64,000 bases of DNA. Origin: Octopus vulgaris (taxonomy: Eukaryota). The notes beneath the pieces were generated by a model that saw only the letters and a program-made list of their open reading frames with translations, was not told the DNA's origin and did no database searches. The stretch is from the NCBI GenBank assembly GCA_951406725.2, contig OX597824.1, positions 6,200,001 to 6,264,000 on the forward strand, given 5' to 3'. A program made the position numbers and the translations under genes. Shown here piece by piece: positions 1 through 13,833 of the stretch. Position 1 is the first letter of the stretch, and each line of letters begins with the position of its first letter.

Positions 1-48
1 GCATGGCCACAGTCAAATGATTGAAACAAGTAAAAGAGTAAAAGAGTA
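1..48 (+). mobile_element. SINE family A, 3' tail cut by the window edge
   Basis: gcatggccacagtcaaatgattgaaacaagtaaaagagtaaaagag matches the 3' end of the full copies at 1629 and 10267. Confidence 0.85.
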
Positions 49-508
49 TACATTTTACTCCTAAGATATAACACAGAGACAGCTAGGAAGCCACTGGTTG
101 GTCGTTCTCTCTGCAAGAAATAGTAGCTGAATATTCTTTATATAATATCCTGCTGTCTTGGAAGAGAGGAAGGAATTATTAAAGAATATTTTCTTAGACA
201 TACTACATTTTGAAAAATAAATGTGGGGCATTAATATAAAACATTTGATCACGCGTCTGCTCTATCAGAGTTGGTCCAGGGTTATACAGAAACAACAGCA
301 GCAGTTGATACCTGGTGATGTCGACCAAATAAATACGTCGTCTGAATAGGTTCCTGGTGAGACTGATTTTATGTTGCTGTCATTGTACTTTGTAGTTGGT
401 TTATCTTTGTTTTTGCTTTATTCTACATTGTACATGCAGAGGCGATATCGATGACCTCAGCAGGCGCTTAGCAAAATTTGTTTCATAAAATTTGTGCCCA
501 ATTTAAAA

Positions 509-591
509 TTCTTCTTCTTCTTCTTCTTCTTCTTCTTCTTCTTCTTCTTCTTCTTCTTCTTCTTCTTCTTCTTCTTCTTCTTCTTCTTCTT
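509..591. repeat. (CTT)n microsatellite
   Basis: Perfect trinucleotide run; explains the poly-Leu in ORF 478..822. Confidence 0.97.
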
Positions 592-724
592 GTCGTCTCT
601 TCCTTCCTCTTCTATCGATTTTTCATCCCCAAACCCATAAATTTATCTACTTTGTTATTCACGCTTTACCTGCCCTGTGCATCTTTTCACAATATTCATA
701 TTTTCCTCATTATTTACATTTTGT

Positions 725-937
725 TTCCTCCTCCATATAAGCAAAACTCAAAGTCTGGCAGACACACAATACAAGAGAACACTTTTGATGCAGGCCTGAG
801 TAAGCAGCACTTAAGGGTTTAAAACCGCAAACATTACTTACATTTCGACGGAGAACTTTTGTGTGAACTGACAACGATAGCAGATTTGGTGCAGAAACAA
901 TTGTAAGTGATCGTTGGAGATGGATTAAAGGCAGTCA
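725..937 (+). mobile_element. Possible degenerate RTE-type LINE 3' fragment
   Basis: Frameshifted SGRHTIQ...AETIVSDRWRW resembles the RTE C-terminal GxRxxGRP...WExLAxDRxxW motif. Confidence 0.3.
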
Positions 938-959
938 TTGTCCTCTCATTTAGTTTGGT

Positions 960-1009
960 TTGTGTGCGTGTGTGTTTGTTTGTGTGTGTATGTGTGTATG
1001 GGTGTGTGT

Positions 1010-1065
<56 letters not shown>

Positions 1066-1541
1066 TTATTCAGTTTTTATTTCAAGAATTCTTGCCAATA
1101 GAGAAAGAACCGGTTGGGATTTCAACATTATTAACAGAGCATTTTTTGTTTGTATGTGTGTTCGTAGGTACGTATGTATGTATACGTGAAGATTTGTACG
1201 TTTTGTTTTATATATGTATTTACATGTATATAGTTGAGTGTCTGGAAATGCTCATATATACTTAAGTTATAAAATTCTGGCAAATTTTACTGATCCGCAC
1301 TGTTCCAATGTCTTCGAATTAGCTTTCTACTTTCTGATGTATGTATGTATGTATGTATGTATGCATGTATGTATATATGTATGTATGAATGTACGTATGT
1401 ATGTATGTATGTATGTATGTATGTATGTATGTATGTATGTATGTATGTATGTATGTATGTATGTATGTATGTATGTATGTATGTATGTATGTGTGTGTAT
1501 GTGTGTGTATGCATGTATGTATATGTATATATGTGTGTGTG
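960..1541. repeat. (TG)n (960-1064) and (TATG)n (1337-1541) microsatellites
   Basis: Visible tandem runs; source of the VCVC and MYVC ORFs. Confidence 0.95.
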
Positions 1542-1628
1542 TTCTCGCGCTTAAATTATCTGGGTAATAGCCTTAAATCAGGCATTTAAATGCTCCTACG
1601 CTGTTCTCGGCTACCTTATGCCATCATA

Positions 1629-1793
1629 GGCGCAGGAGTGGCTGTGTGGTAAGTAGCTTGCTAACCAACCACATGGTTCCGGGTTCAGTCCCACTGCGTG
1701 GCATCTTGGGCAAGTGTCTTCTGCTATAGCCCCGGGCCGACCAATACCTTGTGAGTGGATTTCGTAGATGGAAACTGAAAGAAGCCTGTCGTA

Positions 1794-1842
<49 letters not shown>

Positions 1843-2062
1843 TTGTGTGTCTGTGTTTGTCCCCCTAGCATTGCTTGACAACCGATGCTAGTGTGTTTAC
1901 GTCCCCGTCACTTAGCGGTTCGGCAAAAAGAGACCAATAGAATAAGTACTGGGCTTACAAAAATAATAAGTCCCGGGATCGAGTTGCTCGACTAAAGGCG
2001 GCGCTCCAGCATGGCCGCAGTCAAATGACTGAAACAAGTAAAAGAGTAAAAGAGAAAGAGTA
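1629..2062 (+). mobile_element. SINE family A (tRNA-derived, CORE-like), full length
   Basis: A box tggctgtgtggt, B box ggttcagtcc, CORE-like cttgggcaagtgtctt, internal (TA)n(TG)n, (aaagagta)n tail; more than 10 homologues in the window. Confidence 0.93.
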
Positions 2063-2749
2063 ATACATCAAAGTTATCTCCCGAGCTGAATTGACATGTG
2101 CCTTAACAGCAATCTATCCGATGAAGCACCAACACACGTTTGTGGCTGATTGTTATTTATTTAAATGATTATTTCTAAAATATTTTTTATGTAAAAGATA
2201 CAATGACAAATCCGCAACTTAAATCTCGTACATTGACAGTGAAACAAAAGTCGTAATTTGTAATTAAAGCCCGTTTTTCATTTTCCTTGCAGTATAAATA
2301 TATATATATCGTAGAATTTATTGATGCTTGACATCTGAAAGGAATTAAAAATACTTTATAAATAATTACAGGTTCAAGAATCATACGTGACAGAAATAGC
2401 CGATCAACCTTCTTTCTGGAAACTGGTGCACTGCATACTTTTCAAGTTGAGTAAAAGAAAAACCAAAGTGTTGTTCCTGTTATACTTAGAAACTTTATAA
2501 CGGGAGAATATTCAATGAAGAGCCAATTATACTTCCTGTTTTAATATTCTCATTACATATAAATAAATCTATTCAATAAACTGAATAACAATACGATAAT
2601 ATAAATTGTAATAAAATGCTATACAATAATTGTGAGAGAAATTCGGAAACTCCAACAAAGAGTGAATACAAATAGGCATTGCAGTTCAAAGATCTGAAAG
2701 CTGAGCACCATTTAATTACACTTCAACACAATTGTTCCACACAGACATA

Positions 2750-2949
2750 CACACACACGTATATAGCTAAATAGATAGTTATAGATATAGTTATATATAG
2801 ATATGTACATGTAAATATCTATGTGTGTAAATATGTGTGTGTCATAAATATCTGTATGTGTGTATATTTTTATGTATGTATGCATATATATATATATATA
2901 TATATGTATATTATATTATATATATATATATATATATACATATATATAT

Positions 2950-2980
<31 letters not shown>

Positions 2981-3087
2981 ATATGGCAACTAAAGACGAA
3001 TAGATATATGCATACATAGTTTTATAAATAGGATTGTATTCATATACTTATATATACTTACATTATATATTTATATATATGGATATA

Positions 3088-3139
<52 letters not shown>

Positions 3140-3185
3140 TTATATGTACAAATACATATATATATATACTACATATATGTATATA

Positions 3186-3227
<42 letters not shown>

Positions 3228-3230
3228 TAT
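2750..3230. repeat. Compound (TA)n/(TG)n low-complexity tract
   Basis: Visible tandem runs. Confidence 0.9.
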
Positions 3231-3588
3231 CTATTGTACATCAAAGAAGTATTGAACAACAAAGGTTTTATTGAATAGGTACCTTCTAGATAAATGTTTC
3301 TTCGTTAAGAGAGTGACTTTGTGTTTTTCTTTACCCCAGAAAGTCTGGTATTGTCTGAACGTATAATAGTTACGGAAATAGCCATTGAATTGTTTTACTA
3401 TTAAAGTGGTTTGGTGTCTTTTAATTGTTTTCATTCGTAACATGTGTATATGTGATCTGGTATATACTCATGCTGTGCGAACGTGTATAGATGCTGTGTA
3501 AATTGGGAAAGAGGAACCTGTAACAAACGTAAATAATATTAATTACATATCTTTATGTATATAGCAATATGTATATATATATATATAT

Positions 3589-3619
<31 letters not shown>

Positions 3620-3810
3620 TAGATATAGATATGTAGATATATACGTATACATAAACATATATATACATATATATATACACACATATATATATATACATGC
3701 ATACATACATATGCATTTTACGTATGTTTCTACACATATATGCATACATTTACAAAGCCGCACACATATACATATAGAGATAAGCATAAGTAAGTATATA
3801 GATAGGTAGT

Positions 3811-4079
<269 letters not shown>

Positions 4080-5526
4080 TACAGGCATACATAGAAATAT
4101 ATGTAAATTCGACATTTTTTAGTGCAGATGCCTATGTATACGTTGTTATGTTTGTATGTAGTACGAGTAGGGAAAATATGCGAATTGTCTTGAATGTTTG
4201 AATTGTGTCTGTTTATAAACGTATATTGTTATCTGAGTGACTTAGTATTATTGCATGTATATAAAAATAATACATATGGGTCTGCATTACTTACGTATAT
4301 ATTATTGTAGTTACATACACACACGTATGATTATGTGATAGATTTATTACTGATTCTATCAGCTTGTCCACTTTGAAAAGTTAATGCAATTAGATTGAGA
4401 AGATGCTGTCTCTATCTTCCGTCATAACGTTTACAATAAACATAATGAAAAACGTGTTAATCCCGAAACGATTTATTGGTAACGACTGCCATTATTCAAT
4501 GCTGTGTAATGGATAGCAACATTGATCCACTAATGACATAACTTAATGATAAAACAATATGGTAAGTATTAATGAAATAATAACCTATGGAATATAATAT
4601 GTTGAAATTTTATTTATTCGCGTTTCCTATATTTTCCACTCTGAATCGAAATCTCGTTGCTCTGTACCTGTTTGTGGAGTCTGAGTGATATTTTTACGAC
4701 ATATGCTACAAGTTCTTTATTACTAGTAATTCATATTAATATTATTCGATAAAGTGATATATATGTGGCTGCTAGATCTCCACGAAACAACAGTTGTGTC
4801 CTCTTTCCCATACCCACCAAAACGTCTTTAAAATATCTGGATCACTGACTTTTCTTCTCTTAATTATTCTATCTCTCAAAGACCTGATTCTATGCTCGTG
4901 GCTAGAATGTGTTTTATCGTAAGTCGCAGTCACACAATTGACGCTTTATCAGTGGTTAAACAAACGTAGAATAAAAATCAGGTAATAATTTTTTCTAAAC
5001 TTCAGTCTTCCGGATACTTAAACATTTCCAAGATCTCTAAAAATTATTTTCGCAACTTTAGAAATATCTTTAATTCTTTATGCACACAATACCAATTTCT
5101 ATGCTTCATATATCACCTTTCAATTCACAGTAACAGAATATATGGAGAGATTATTATGTGATTTCCCTTGAGACAATGTGAACTGTTGATTGAATTAATT
5201 CATTGAATCATTAACGTTTTTGTTTTTCAATCATTTGGGATATTGCATCAACAATAAACTCAAACTTCTGCTATTATATGAGACTAGAGAAATAATAATA
5301 CTCCCAAGGAAGTGTCCATTGACATTTCAGCTCAATATTGCAATACTTTCCCACTTCTTAAAAGCTACCACACATCCTCATTACGATTTCAAACACTTTT
5401 CTAGGTATTCGTGCTATAAAATCTGTAGAATCTACTTTGTTATGACAGATAACACCCACGTAGAGTAACAGCAGGAAGAAAGATATGTTATTTGACACAA
5501 AATACGTAAATTTCAATAAGATGTTT

Positions 5527-5722
5527 AGGCGTTGAGCTAGCAGAATTTTTATCACGCCTGACAAAATGCTCAGCGCATTTCTTCTAGTGTTACATTCTGA
5601 GTTCAAATGCCACTGGAGTTCGGCTTTCGATAAAATAAATAGCAGCTGATGACTATGGTTAATATAATCTACTAGCTTCCTTCCTCGGAAAAAGGTCTTG
5701 TGCCTATATCAGAAATAATATT
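5527..5722 (+). mobile_element. SINE family B, old degenerate copy
   Basis: aggcgttgagctagcagaa...ttacattctgagttcaaatgcc...cttgtgcctatatcagaaataat aligns by eye to 60497-60732 and 35148-35312. Confidence 0.7.
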
Positions 5723-6209
5723 TGATATGCTGTTTTGTAATTATTATCGTGGTTGTTGTCTTCCTGAAATTTACCCTTATTCTCATCGACATTAAAAAAA
5801 CCGTAAGTTCAATTATATGTGACACAAAGTATTTCAACGCATAAACTAATCAGCCACCCGTATTTGTCATAGTTATTCTACTATATCTATTTTTAAAATT
5901 TATATTCATAACGCATTCCTCTGGCACTTAGTACAGTTTCTGACGGTTGTTCTGACTAGTTAATTACTGGTATGATACATTTCCAATGTAGCAAGGAGTA
6001 TAGGTGTCTGTGTAATGCGCCAATAAGTATTAATTTGCATACTTCAGTCGATCGTATTTTCGTTTTATTTGCAGTTATAACATTGAAGATATCCTTCACA
6101 GAACACTTACACACATACGCACTTACACTAATACATACACTAATATGCACAGGCACACATGCACGCACATACACACACATGCATGTTTGTATACACGTCT
6201 GTGTAACCC

Positions 6210-6500
6210 TGATGAAATCTTGAAAAAAATAAAGAGAATACTTCGTAGGATTTATAATGTTAGTGAACATAAAGGAAGGAATACAAATCAGCTCCAAGAA
6301 ATACTGTATATAGAAGTCAGATGTAGACTTCCAGAAAGAAGTTTGCGCGGGACATGAAAAGCACATGGAGGATAAAATATATCAAACATGAAAACTGCCA
6401 AACGCAGGAAATGGATGCATTCTGTGAAAAGTGGATTAATCCTGATAAAACGAGAGGAATTATTCAGACTGGGATGCTCACGCTGCACCCTACCTTCCTC
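6210..6500 (+). mobile_element. Possible Penelope-like GIY-YIG endonuclease relic
   Basis: LYIEVRCRLPER resembles YIGETxRxLxER; REELFRLG resembles ExxLIFRLGTL; highly degenerate. Confidence 0.25.
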
Positions 6501-7545
6501 TTGTTGCTCCTGGCACTCTATCAGGTTTCCTGCTCTTTTCCCTTTACCAAGCACTACTTCCAACCAACCGCAATATCCTTTGGAGTCACTACCTTACGAT
6601 GCATATATATCGATTCACAATAAATTTAACATAGCTAGATGCAATTAATGCAGTATGGTCTCAATTGACTCAAAAGATTTTCAATTAGAGATAAGCTACG
6701 TAAATGCTAAGTAACTTTATTCAAAATTACAGACAATGGACATTTTGTATATATTTAGCATTCCGTTTATTGTGGCATTGTCTTTCATAAGCTAATGCGT
6801 TGTTCCATTATTATCAAAAGCGTAAAATCTGTTGATAATATAAGAATTCTGCTTCACAATACATTTGCAGGGAATAATTATTTCTGTTATCATTTCTTGG
6901 ATTTTACTCTACATAAATCAGGATTATGAATATGCTGCTTAGGTGAGCACAGGATGATATTTTGTGAGGATATAGCCCCCCCCCCCCCGCTACATGATTC
7001 AATATGCTAAGAAAATCCAACCTGTTTTCTTGCTTCTATTAATATTGTTAATGAGGCTTTGTACTTTTCTTTTTTATTTGGCGGTATTGCATTTCCAAAT
7101 ACCAGATTTAATTAAGATTACAGTTTATTCTAATTAAAATCTTCCTCAAAAAATATTGTAATTATAAAATTTAATAGAGAAAATTTGATGCAGGCTTGGC
7201 TTCGTTAATAAGTGAATAGAACATGACTCGAGAATTATGATTTCGTTTTTTGAGATTCTGACTAAATTACCAGCGTGGATCAGAAACATACAAATATTTG
7301 CAATTTGCTAATTAAGGTGTGCTCGTTGCATAAGAGAAGGAAATGGTATCGTGTCACTGAGTACTTTAGAGGTTTAAGGCAATAAATATCTAAAGCATTG
7401 GTTCCTAAATTTGTCAGAAAATCCTAGGTAGATATGTAATGCTAGAGGTGATAGTGATACATATATTGTAGGTAATCCCAATGGTGTTAGAACGTGAAGA
7501 GATCCAGTGATTGAACCGATAAGGTAGGTGAATATTGGTGTATAA

Positions 7546-7632
7546 GTATGTATGTATATGTATGTATGTATGTATGTATGCATGTATGTATGCATGTATG
7601 TATGTATGCATGTATGTATGTATGTATGTATG

Positions 7633-7663
<31 letters not shown>

Positions 7664-7832
7664 GTAAGTGTGTATGTATGGATGTATGTGTATGTATGTA
7701 TGTATGTACCTAAGTGTGTATGTATGGATGTATGTGTATGTATGTATGTATGTACCTAAGTGTGTATGTATTCTCCTATGCATGTATGTATGTATGTATG
7801 TATGTATGTATGTATGTATGTATGTATGTATG
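7546..7832. repeat. (TATG)n microsatellite
   Basis: Visible tandem run. Confidence 0.95.
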
Positions 7833-7879
7833 TTCGTTTGTTCATTCTCTTCTGTCTTAATTATTTAAATCCTTCCTCT

Positions 7880-9300
7880 GAGGAAGGAGCTGGTTTCTAA
7901 CAAAGATACAAAACTGCATCTTTGGAATGTTGATAACGAAAACAATGTCACATTTTAAACTTTAGAAAAGTCTTGCAGAGTTTTACCGTTCCGCTTAGAG
8001 ATTGTATTTATAATGTGTGAATGAGGTGGTTGATTTCTTTTTCTGAAAATTTAAGATTATAAGTAAAAGCTTGTCTGGATTGAAAGTTATGCATTTACTT
8101 ACAAAGTCAAATGTTCCAAATAGTATTGGGTGTAAATGTAAATGTGTAATCCGGATATAAAATCTGGAAGTTTTGAAGCCCAGTATTTTACTAATCACTA
8201 CATATATCCAGTAAAAGAGTCTTCAGGGGATTTTTTTATAGCATCAAAGAAGATCTTTAGTTCAAATGTAGAGTCCAAGTGAAATGAGAGGAGTACCTGC
8301 GTCTTCTTACCTTCCTGGTGCTGTTTTGGTCGATGGTATTTTTGTTAGTTTCAGCCATAACTGTGTTAGCGAAATTCCACGTGGCATAAAGCATATTTTT
8401 AAAATCCAGTCTGAACAATATAATGTTGATAGGCAAAAGGTCCTTCCCTAATTTATAATGGGAAAAATAAACCAGTTACTGATTTAGGTTGGAAGAGTCG
8501 ACATAAATGCAGGAACGTTCAAAAATATTTTTTAAACGTCGATCAACGCCACGGATGCACGTCTGATGCCTATATATTAAGTGCTACTCAACATCACTAA
8601 TTTTTTATATATTTCAGATGACCCTCAGTGCACTCTAAGTGTTACCTAGATACCTGATTAATTTCACGAACATATCCCCTTCTTTTCAAAGTATGGATTA
8701 ATCCAAATTAAGATTTATCTAACCAGTAAACTTCGCAAGCTTGATACCATTATTTCACTCCCGAAATTTTAAAATTGTACCGAAATCGAGGATTTCCTTC
8801 AAAGTTTTTTTCTAATATTATTGAGCACTGTATTTCAGTTTACGTCTCAGGAAATATTCAATCCTTCATAATGACAATTAACCGTATAAGATTAGCAGTA
8901 ATTAATCGTACGCCATAATATATCTTCCCTGCACCCCTTATTATTCTTACAACAATGTAACCATTTATATCGTTGCACATTTATTAATAAAATCTAATTT
9001 CCTTCAAAGTAATAAACTGGATGTTTTAATATTGCAATACACACGCCCAATCCTAATTTTACAATTAACATAGAAAACCTACACACCCATTTCCGTTATA
9101 AATTTACTATCATCTCCCTATTATTGGATTAAAATCAATTATCCGGTTGATTAAAATTGTCACAAATTCGAACCCTATGCTGCTTTTCATTAAAGAATCA
9201 AAGTACTCAATGTCGCCCCTTCGGTATCTTATTACTGTATCCTTTGTAGATTAACCAAATATCTGATTTAGTAATTTCGTATGTACTTCACATTAATTCT
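7880..9300 (-). mobile_element. Degenerate L1/Tx1-like LINE ORF2 3' region
   Basis: Minus-strand CYKKIP*RLFYWIYVVISKIL...HPILFG...KKKSTTSFTHYKYNL resembles the L1/Tx1 zinc-knuckle and C-terminus; WINPYFEKKGI upstream; many stops and frameshifts. Confidence 0.45.
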
Positions 9301-9532
9301 TTAAACTCCTTTATTCCATTACATATTTCTCCAGGCAAAATACACTTCCTTCTTCTTAACTTCGGCCATGCTGGAGCCACCTCAGACTTAATGCCATGGT
9401 GGAGCCACTCCATACTTTATGAGTTTACTTAGCCAAATTGCTGAAGTTCTTAATTATAAGTTTGTTATTAGTACTATTGTTCTCTTTTTTCTGCATTACT
9501 ATATTACGAAGACATAAAGAAACAAATACTGA

Positions 9533-9740
9533 TTGTCAAGAGGTGTAAGATCAACCACAAACTCAAAGACACGCTTACACATACATGACAGGATTCCATA
9601 CAGTTTCTGTTCTCCAAACCCCATCACAGTAGTGGTCCGTTCGACGCAAAAGCAGCAGATACGCAATGAACGGCACACTGGAACTAAACTGGGTGAATGT
9701 AACTTGCAAGTGTATTTCTAAACCACACTGTTATGCCTGG
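9533..9740 (-). mobile_element. SINE family A, old degenerate copy
   Basis: ttgtcaag...tacatgacaggattccatacagtttctg...aaccacactgttatgcctg resembles the reverse complement of the family A head and body. Confidence 0.55.
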
Positions 9741-9749
9741 TCCTTGAAA

Positions 9750-10230
9750 TGTTTAAAATCTCAACATTTTTGATTTTACAGAAAGCTAAAGATATTTTCA
9801 TCTCACAAAAGACGATATTACCATATCGCCCATGTTTATTATAAAACTAAACACAGTTTCTCTTTCAACGTTTTGGTCTAAATTTTCTTGACAGATTTTA
9901 TAACGGCTACAACCCACTACACACACAGACGCACAAACACACACAAACACACACATACACCATTTCTCTGTTATTTTCCGTCCTTGTTTTCGTGTACATC
10001 TGCTGCTTCCTTCCAAGGAATCCAGTGCTCTTAGCTTAGATTTTCCTTGCGGCTGGCCAGATTGGAGCACTCTCGAGTATAACCAGCCGAAATTGCAAAG
10101 ATAATCTGGAACTCGACTGAGGATAGAAAACTCCAAATCAGCCGCCTTGTTTACTTTGTATCGTCTGTCTCGTTGTTTTGTTGTCCCTTTTATGTATCAC
10201 CTAACTGTCTGGATGTTTTTCGTTCTTGTC
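9750..10230 (+). mobile_element. Possible Penelope-like terminal (pseudo-LTR) fragment
   Basis: FIIKLN-like ORF end, then a CA-rich spacer and a decayed hammerhead-like core ctgagga-tagaaaactcc-aaat (10117-10138). Confidence 0.3.
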
Positions 10231-10266
10231 CCATTTTTGTATTATATATATATATATATAATGTAA

Positions 10267-10670
10267 GGCGCAGGAGTGGCTGTGAGGTAAGTAGCTTGCT
10301 AACAAAACACATGGTTCCGGGTTCAGTCCCACTGCGTGCCATCTTGGGCAAGTGTCTTCTGCTATAGCCCCGGGCCGACCAATGCCTTGTGAGTGGATTT
10401 GGTAGGCAGAAACTGAAAGAAGCCTGTCGTATATATGTATATATATATATATGTGTGTGTTTCTGTGTTTGTCCCCATAGCATTGCTTGACAACCGATGC
10501 TGGTGTGTTTACGGCACCGTCACCTAGCGGTTCGGCAAAAGAGACCGATAGAATAAGTACTGGGCTTACAAAGAATAAGTCCCGGGGTCGAAATTCTCGA
10601 CTAAAGGCGGTGCTCCAGCATGGCCGCAGTCAAATGACTGAAACAAGTAAAAGAGAGTAAAAGAGAGTAA
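10267..10670 (+). mobile_element. SINE family A, full length
   Basis: Near-identical to 1629-2062. Confidence 0.93.
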
Positions 10671-10984
10671 TGTTGTTTGATCTACAGACAATTTTCTTTA
10701 TTCTGAATAGTTTGTGCTAACCGTTTCAACAGAATATTCTTCTGCTAATCCATGGAATGAACCTAAAACCTTTAACGTTTAAATGCTCTCTGCTCACAAC
10801 TAATCCGTTGAGTCTGATCAAGCTGTTGCCGTCTCTAGAATTAAAGGTACCGTATGTCTCTGATTTGAATTCCGTTTCTTAAAACAAGAGATTCTGTTGC
10901 CAAGGTAATTTCACATGCAGCACTAAATAAATCAATCAAATGTGTCTATGTGATGAAAAATCGTATGTGGAATATATTTCCATA

Positions 10985-11385
10985 TCTTTATATATAAAAG
11001 TGAGGTTGTGTGTTGTCTGTCTCCTACGATTTAGATTCCTAACTACTCCCACATTTTGCGGTGCAGTTTAACCAAAACCGGGTATCTTATAGTCTTGATT
11101 CATATCGAGCCCTTCAGGGTATTAGCGCGCGTCTACGATGAGTCTACGATTTTAAAAAAATTTACCATCATTTTTTTCCATTTTAATGCATTCTGTCGCT
11201 ATTGTATAAGGGAAGTAACTCTCTAAAAATGTCTACGATTAGTCAACGATTTAAAAAAAAAATTACCATCATTTTTTTTTCCATTTTTAATGCATTTTTT
11301 TGCTATTTTTTGGCTATGACTCTCTAAAAATGCTTATATAGTTATTTCCCTTACAAACCCGAGCAACGCCGGGCGATACTGCTAG
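10985..11385 (+). mobile_element. Non-autonomous Helitron (401 bp)
   Basis: 5' A|TCTTTATATATAAAAG; 3' GC hairpin cccg-agcaacgc-cggg (11358-11373) then CTAG|T; inserted in an AT site with no TSD; internal duplication of about 65 bp (11131-11192 and 11231-11297). Confidence 0.88.
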
Positions 11386-11759
11386 TCAGAGATAAATGTT
11401 CCTGGTTTTGTTCACTGCCATTGTAAGAGCCAGATTCGCTGCGTGGCCGTTTGGCTTTATCTAAAACGGAAAATTTCGAATTTAGAAAACTATGAGCAAT
11501 CTGAAGAATGACGAACGTTTATTGATCATATTTGTCTGCTGAAATGACCTGATCAAGCCAGGTAAGCACGCCTCAGTATAGCTGGTGCTTTGTAATAAAG
11601 GTCGTAAGATAAGATTTCTTAAAGCGATGTTCGATGTAGAAACTTTTTATTAGAATATGTGAGAAGAAGACATTACAATAACAAATTTATTCTGTTCTGC
11701 TCTTTTTTTCAATTTTTTTGTTGTATTGCCGCCTCACCATTCAAAGCTCTGATAAGGAT

Positions 11760-12330
11760 TGGTGTTTATATATTCTGTTTTCATATATTCTGTTTTATAT
11801 ATTCTGTTTTTTATATTCTGTTTTATATATTCTGTTTTATATATTATGTTTTATATATTCTGTTTTATATATTCTGATTTATATATTATGTTTATATATT
11901 CTGTTTATATATTATGTTTATATATTCTGTTCAATATATTCTGTTTTATTTATTCTGTTTTATATTGTTTTTATATATACTGTTTTATATATTTTTATAT
12001 ATTTTGTTTTTTATACTCTGTTTTATATTCTGTTTTATCATTTTATATATTCTCTTTTTATATATTCTGTTTTATATTCTGTTTTTATATTCTGTTTTTT
12101 TTATATTCTGTTTTATACATTCTGTTTATATATCCTGTTTTATATATTCTGTTTTATATATTCTGTTTTATATATTCTGTTTTATATATTCTGTTTTATA
12201 CATTCTGTTTATATATCCTGTTTTATATATTCTGCTTGATATAGTTTTATATATTCTGTTTTTATGTTCTGTTTATATTCTGTTTTTATCATTTTATATA
12301 TTTTGTTTTCATATATTCTGTTTTTGTTTT
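11760..12330. repeat. Degenerate minisatellite, unit about TATTCTGTTTTATA(TA)
   Basis: Dozens of 14-16 bp units; explains the ORFs at 11659-12453. Confidence 0.92.
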
Positions 12331-13833
12331 GTTTTGTTTTTCAATTTTTTAGTTTTTATTGCCGTCTCCACATTCAAAGCTCTATTGGTGTTTATATATA
12401 TTTTCGTAGAAGATATAAAGGTGCCACTTAGTCATTCCATAAAACGATTTTGATGATGTTCCACTTTCTCGCAATAGTGATCGTATTCTGTTAAATGATA
12501 CATAAACTTCCTGAAAATACACAAATAGGAAATGCTTTATTCATGTCTTATTTTTATTGCAGTCGTTATTTAATTGTTTGCTTTTGTTGCTTCTTCATTG
12601 CCGCCGCTTAAATATTTGTTATTTTTCTTCTCTAAGATTTTGCAGCTCGGGGATATTGGTCGTGAGCTGACTTTTAAACTTTGTAATATATTCAGCAAAG
12701 ATAGGATAGGATATAATCATGCCAAGGTACGTTTTGAAAATTTTGATTGTACGAGCTGATTACTGAATGCTTATAGAAAGCGTGAACTTTTATGACTATA
12801 GAAAAGAAACCCCTGAAAAGAACTGGAATCACAACAAAGATTATATGATTTGGTTGTTGTTTTCGTTGCTACACTGTACAATGTGTCCTTACGTCCTTTC
12901 TGTTGGCATCGCTATATTTAAAAGAGTTAACATAGGCCGCGTGAGGGCTCTCTTGTTGACCTTGATCGAGAAGTATTGTGTGATTTGACTAAGTCCGTTG
13001 CGTTAGATTAACTGATATGAATAATTTTAGGAGTTTATGATAATATAAGCTCTATAAAATACGACATTTGGGAATTATTACATTCTACTAATTATTTAAT
13101 TGGCTACATCATATGTCAGATTTATATAATCAATATACATGCATTTACTTTAAACGTAAGCTATCGACGGCAACCCGAAAATTCACAGAGGAATAATTAT
13201 ATAAGTGTTTCGAAGAATTCATATAATTAAGTAATTATGTATAATTCCAGTCCAATTTTTCTCCCGGTTATTAAGCATTGAATTTGTCAACCTATTTTGA
13301 CCTCTTCAGAATTGAAAAGTTTTCTATGGCTGCAAATTAAACGATCTGCGTCAAGCATTACGCCAATCATCTGCCCACCATTGTTTATGGACTCTAATTA
13401 CATTGGCAGAAACTCAAATAACTCTATGAAATAGCTACCTTACTTATTCGTGTCCTTATCTCTAAACACTACATGTTTCCACTTGAAACTTCACAGCATT
13501 ATTTTCTTTATTATGATCATATATTCATTAGATTGAAACGCGTAGCCAAGGTGGAATATTTCTTTTACACTTATTGCGTTTAATCCCAACTTATTATACA
13601 ATGATTCCGATTTCGCTATTTCAAATGAAAAAAAAATCCACCGGTTGTTTGCCATTCCAGTGCGTTTGCACGTGTTTCGTTTATGTTTTGCTAGTTAATA
13701 AGAGTTTATAAATTCGTAAATACATTTTATTCAAATCATTTCCACGGCTAAGAAGAAATTCGTTTCATCTATATTCCAATGCTGTTTTTTTATAACTTTA
13801 CTCAATTTTTTTCTGTACTTTGGATGCTTTGGA

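Noticed and set aside
1611-1881. Recurrent ORF RQASFSFRLPNPLTRHWSARGYSRRHLPK seen at several loci, suggesting a gene family
   Set aside because: Antisense reading of SINE family A
10117-10146. Additional active hammerhead (also 53925-53960)
   Set aside because: GAAA box or stems are disrupted; at best decayed relics
11400-11561. Exon-like segments with strong splice sites (donor cag|gtaagc at 11561; also donor near 24860 and acceptor near 62478)
   Set aside because: Stops in all three frames; they could be non-coding exons but cannot be supported without RNA data
11718-12453. 160-180 aa hydrophobic ORFs resembling membrane proteins
   Set aside because: Minisatellite translations
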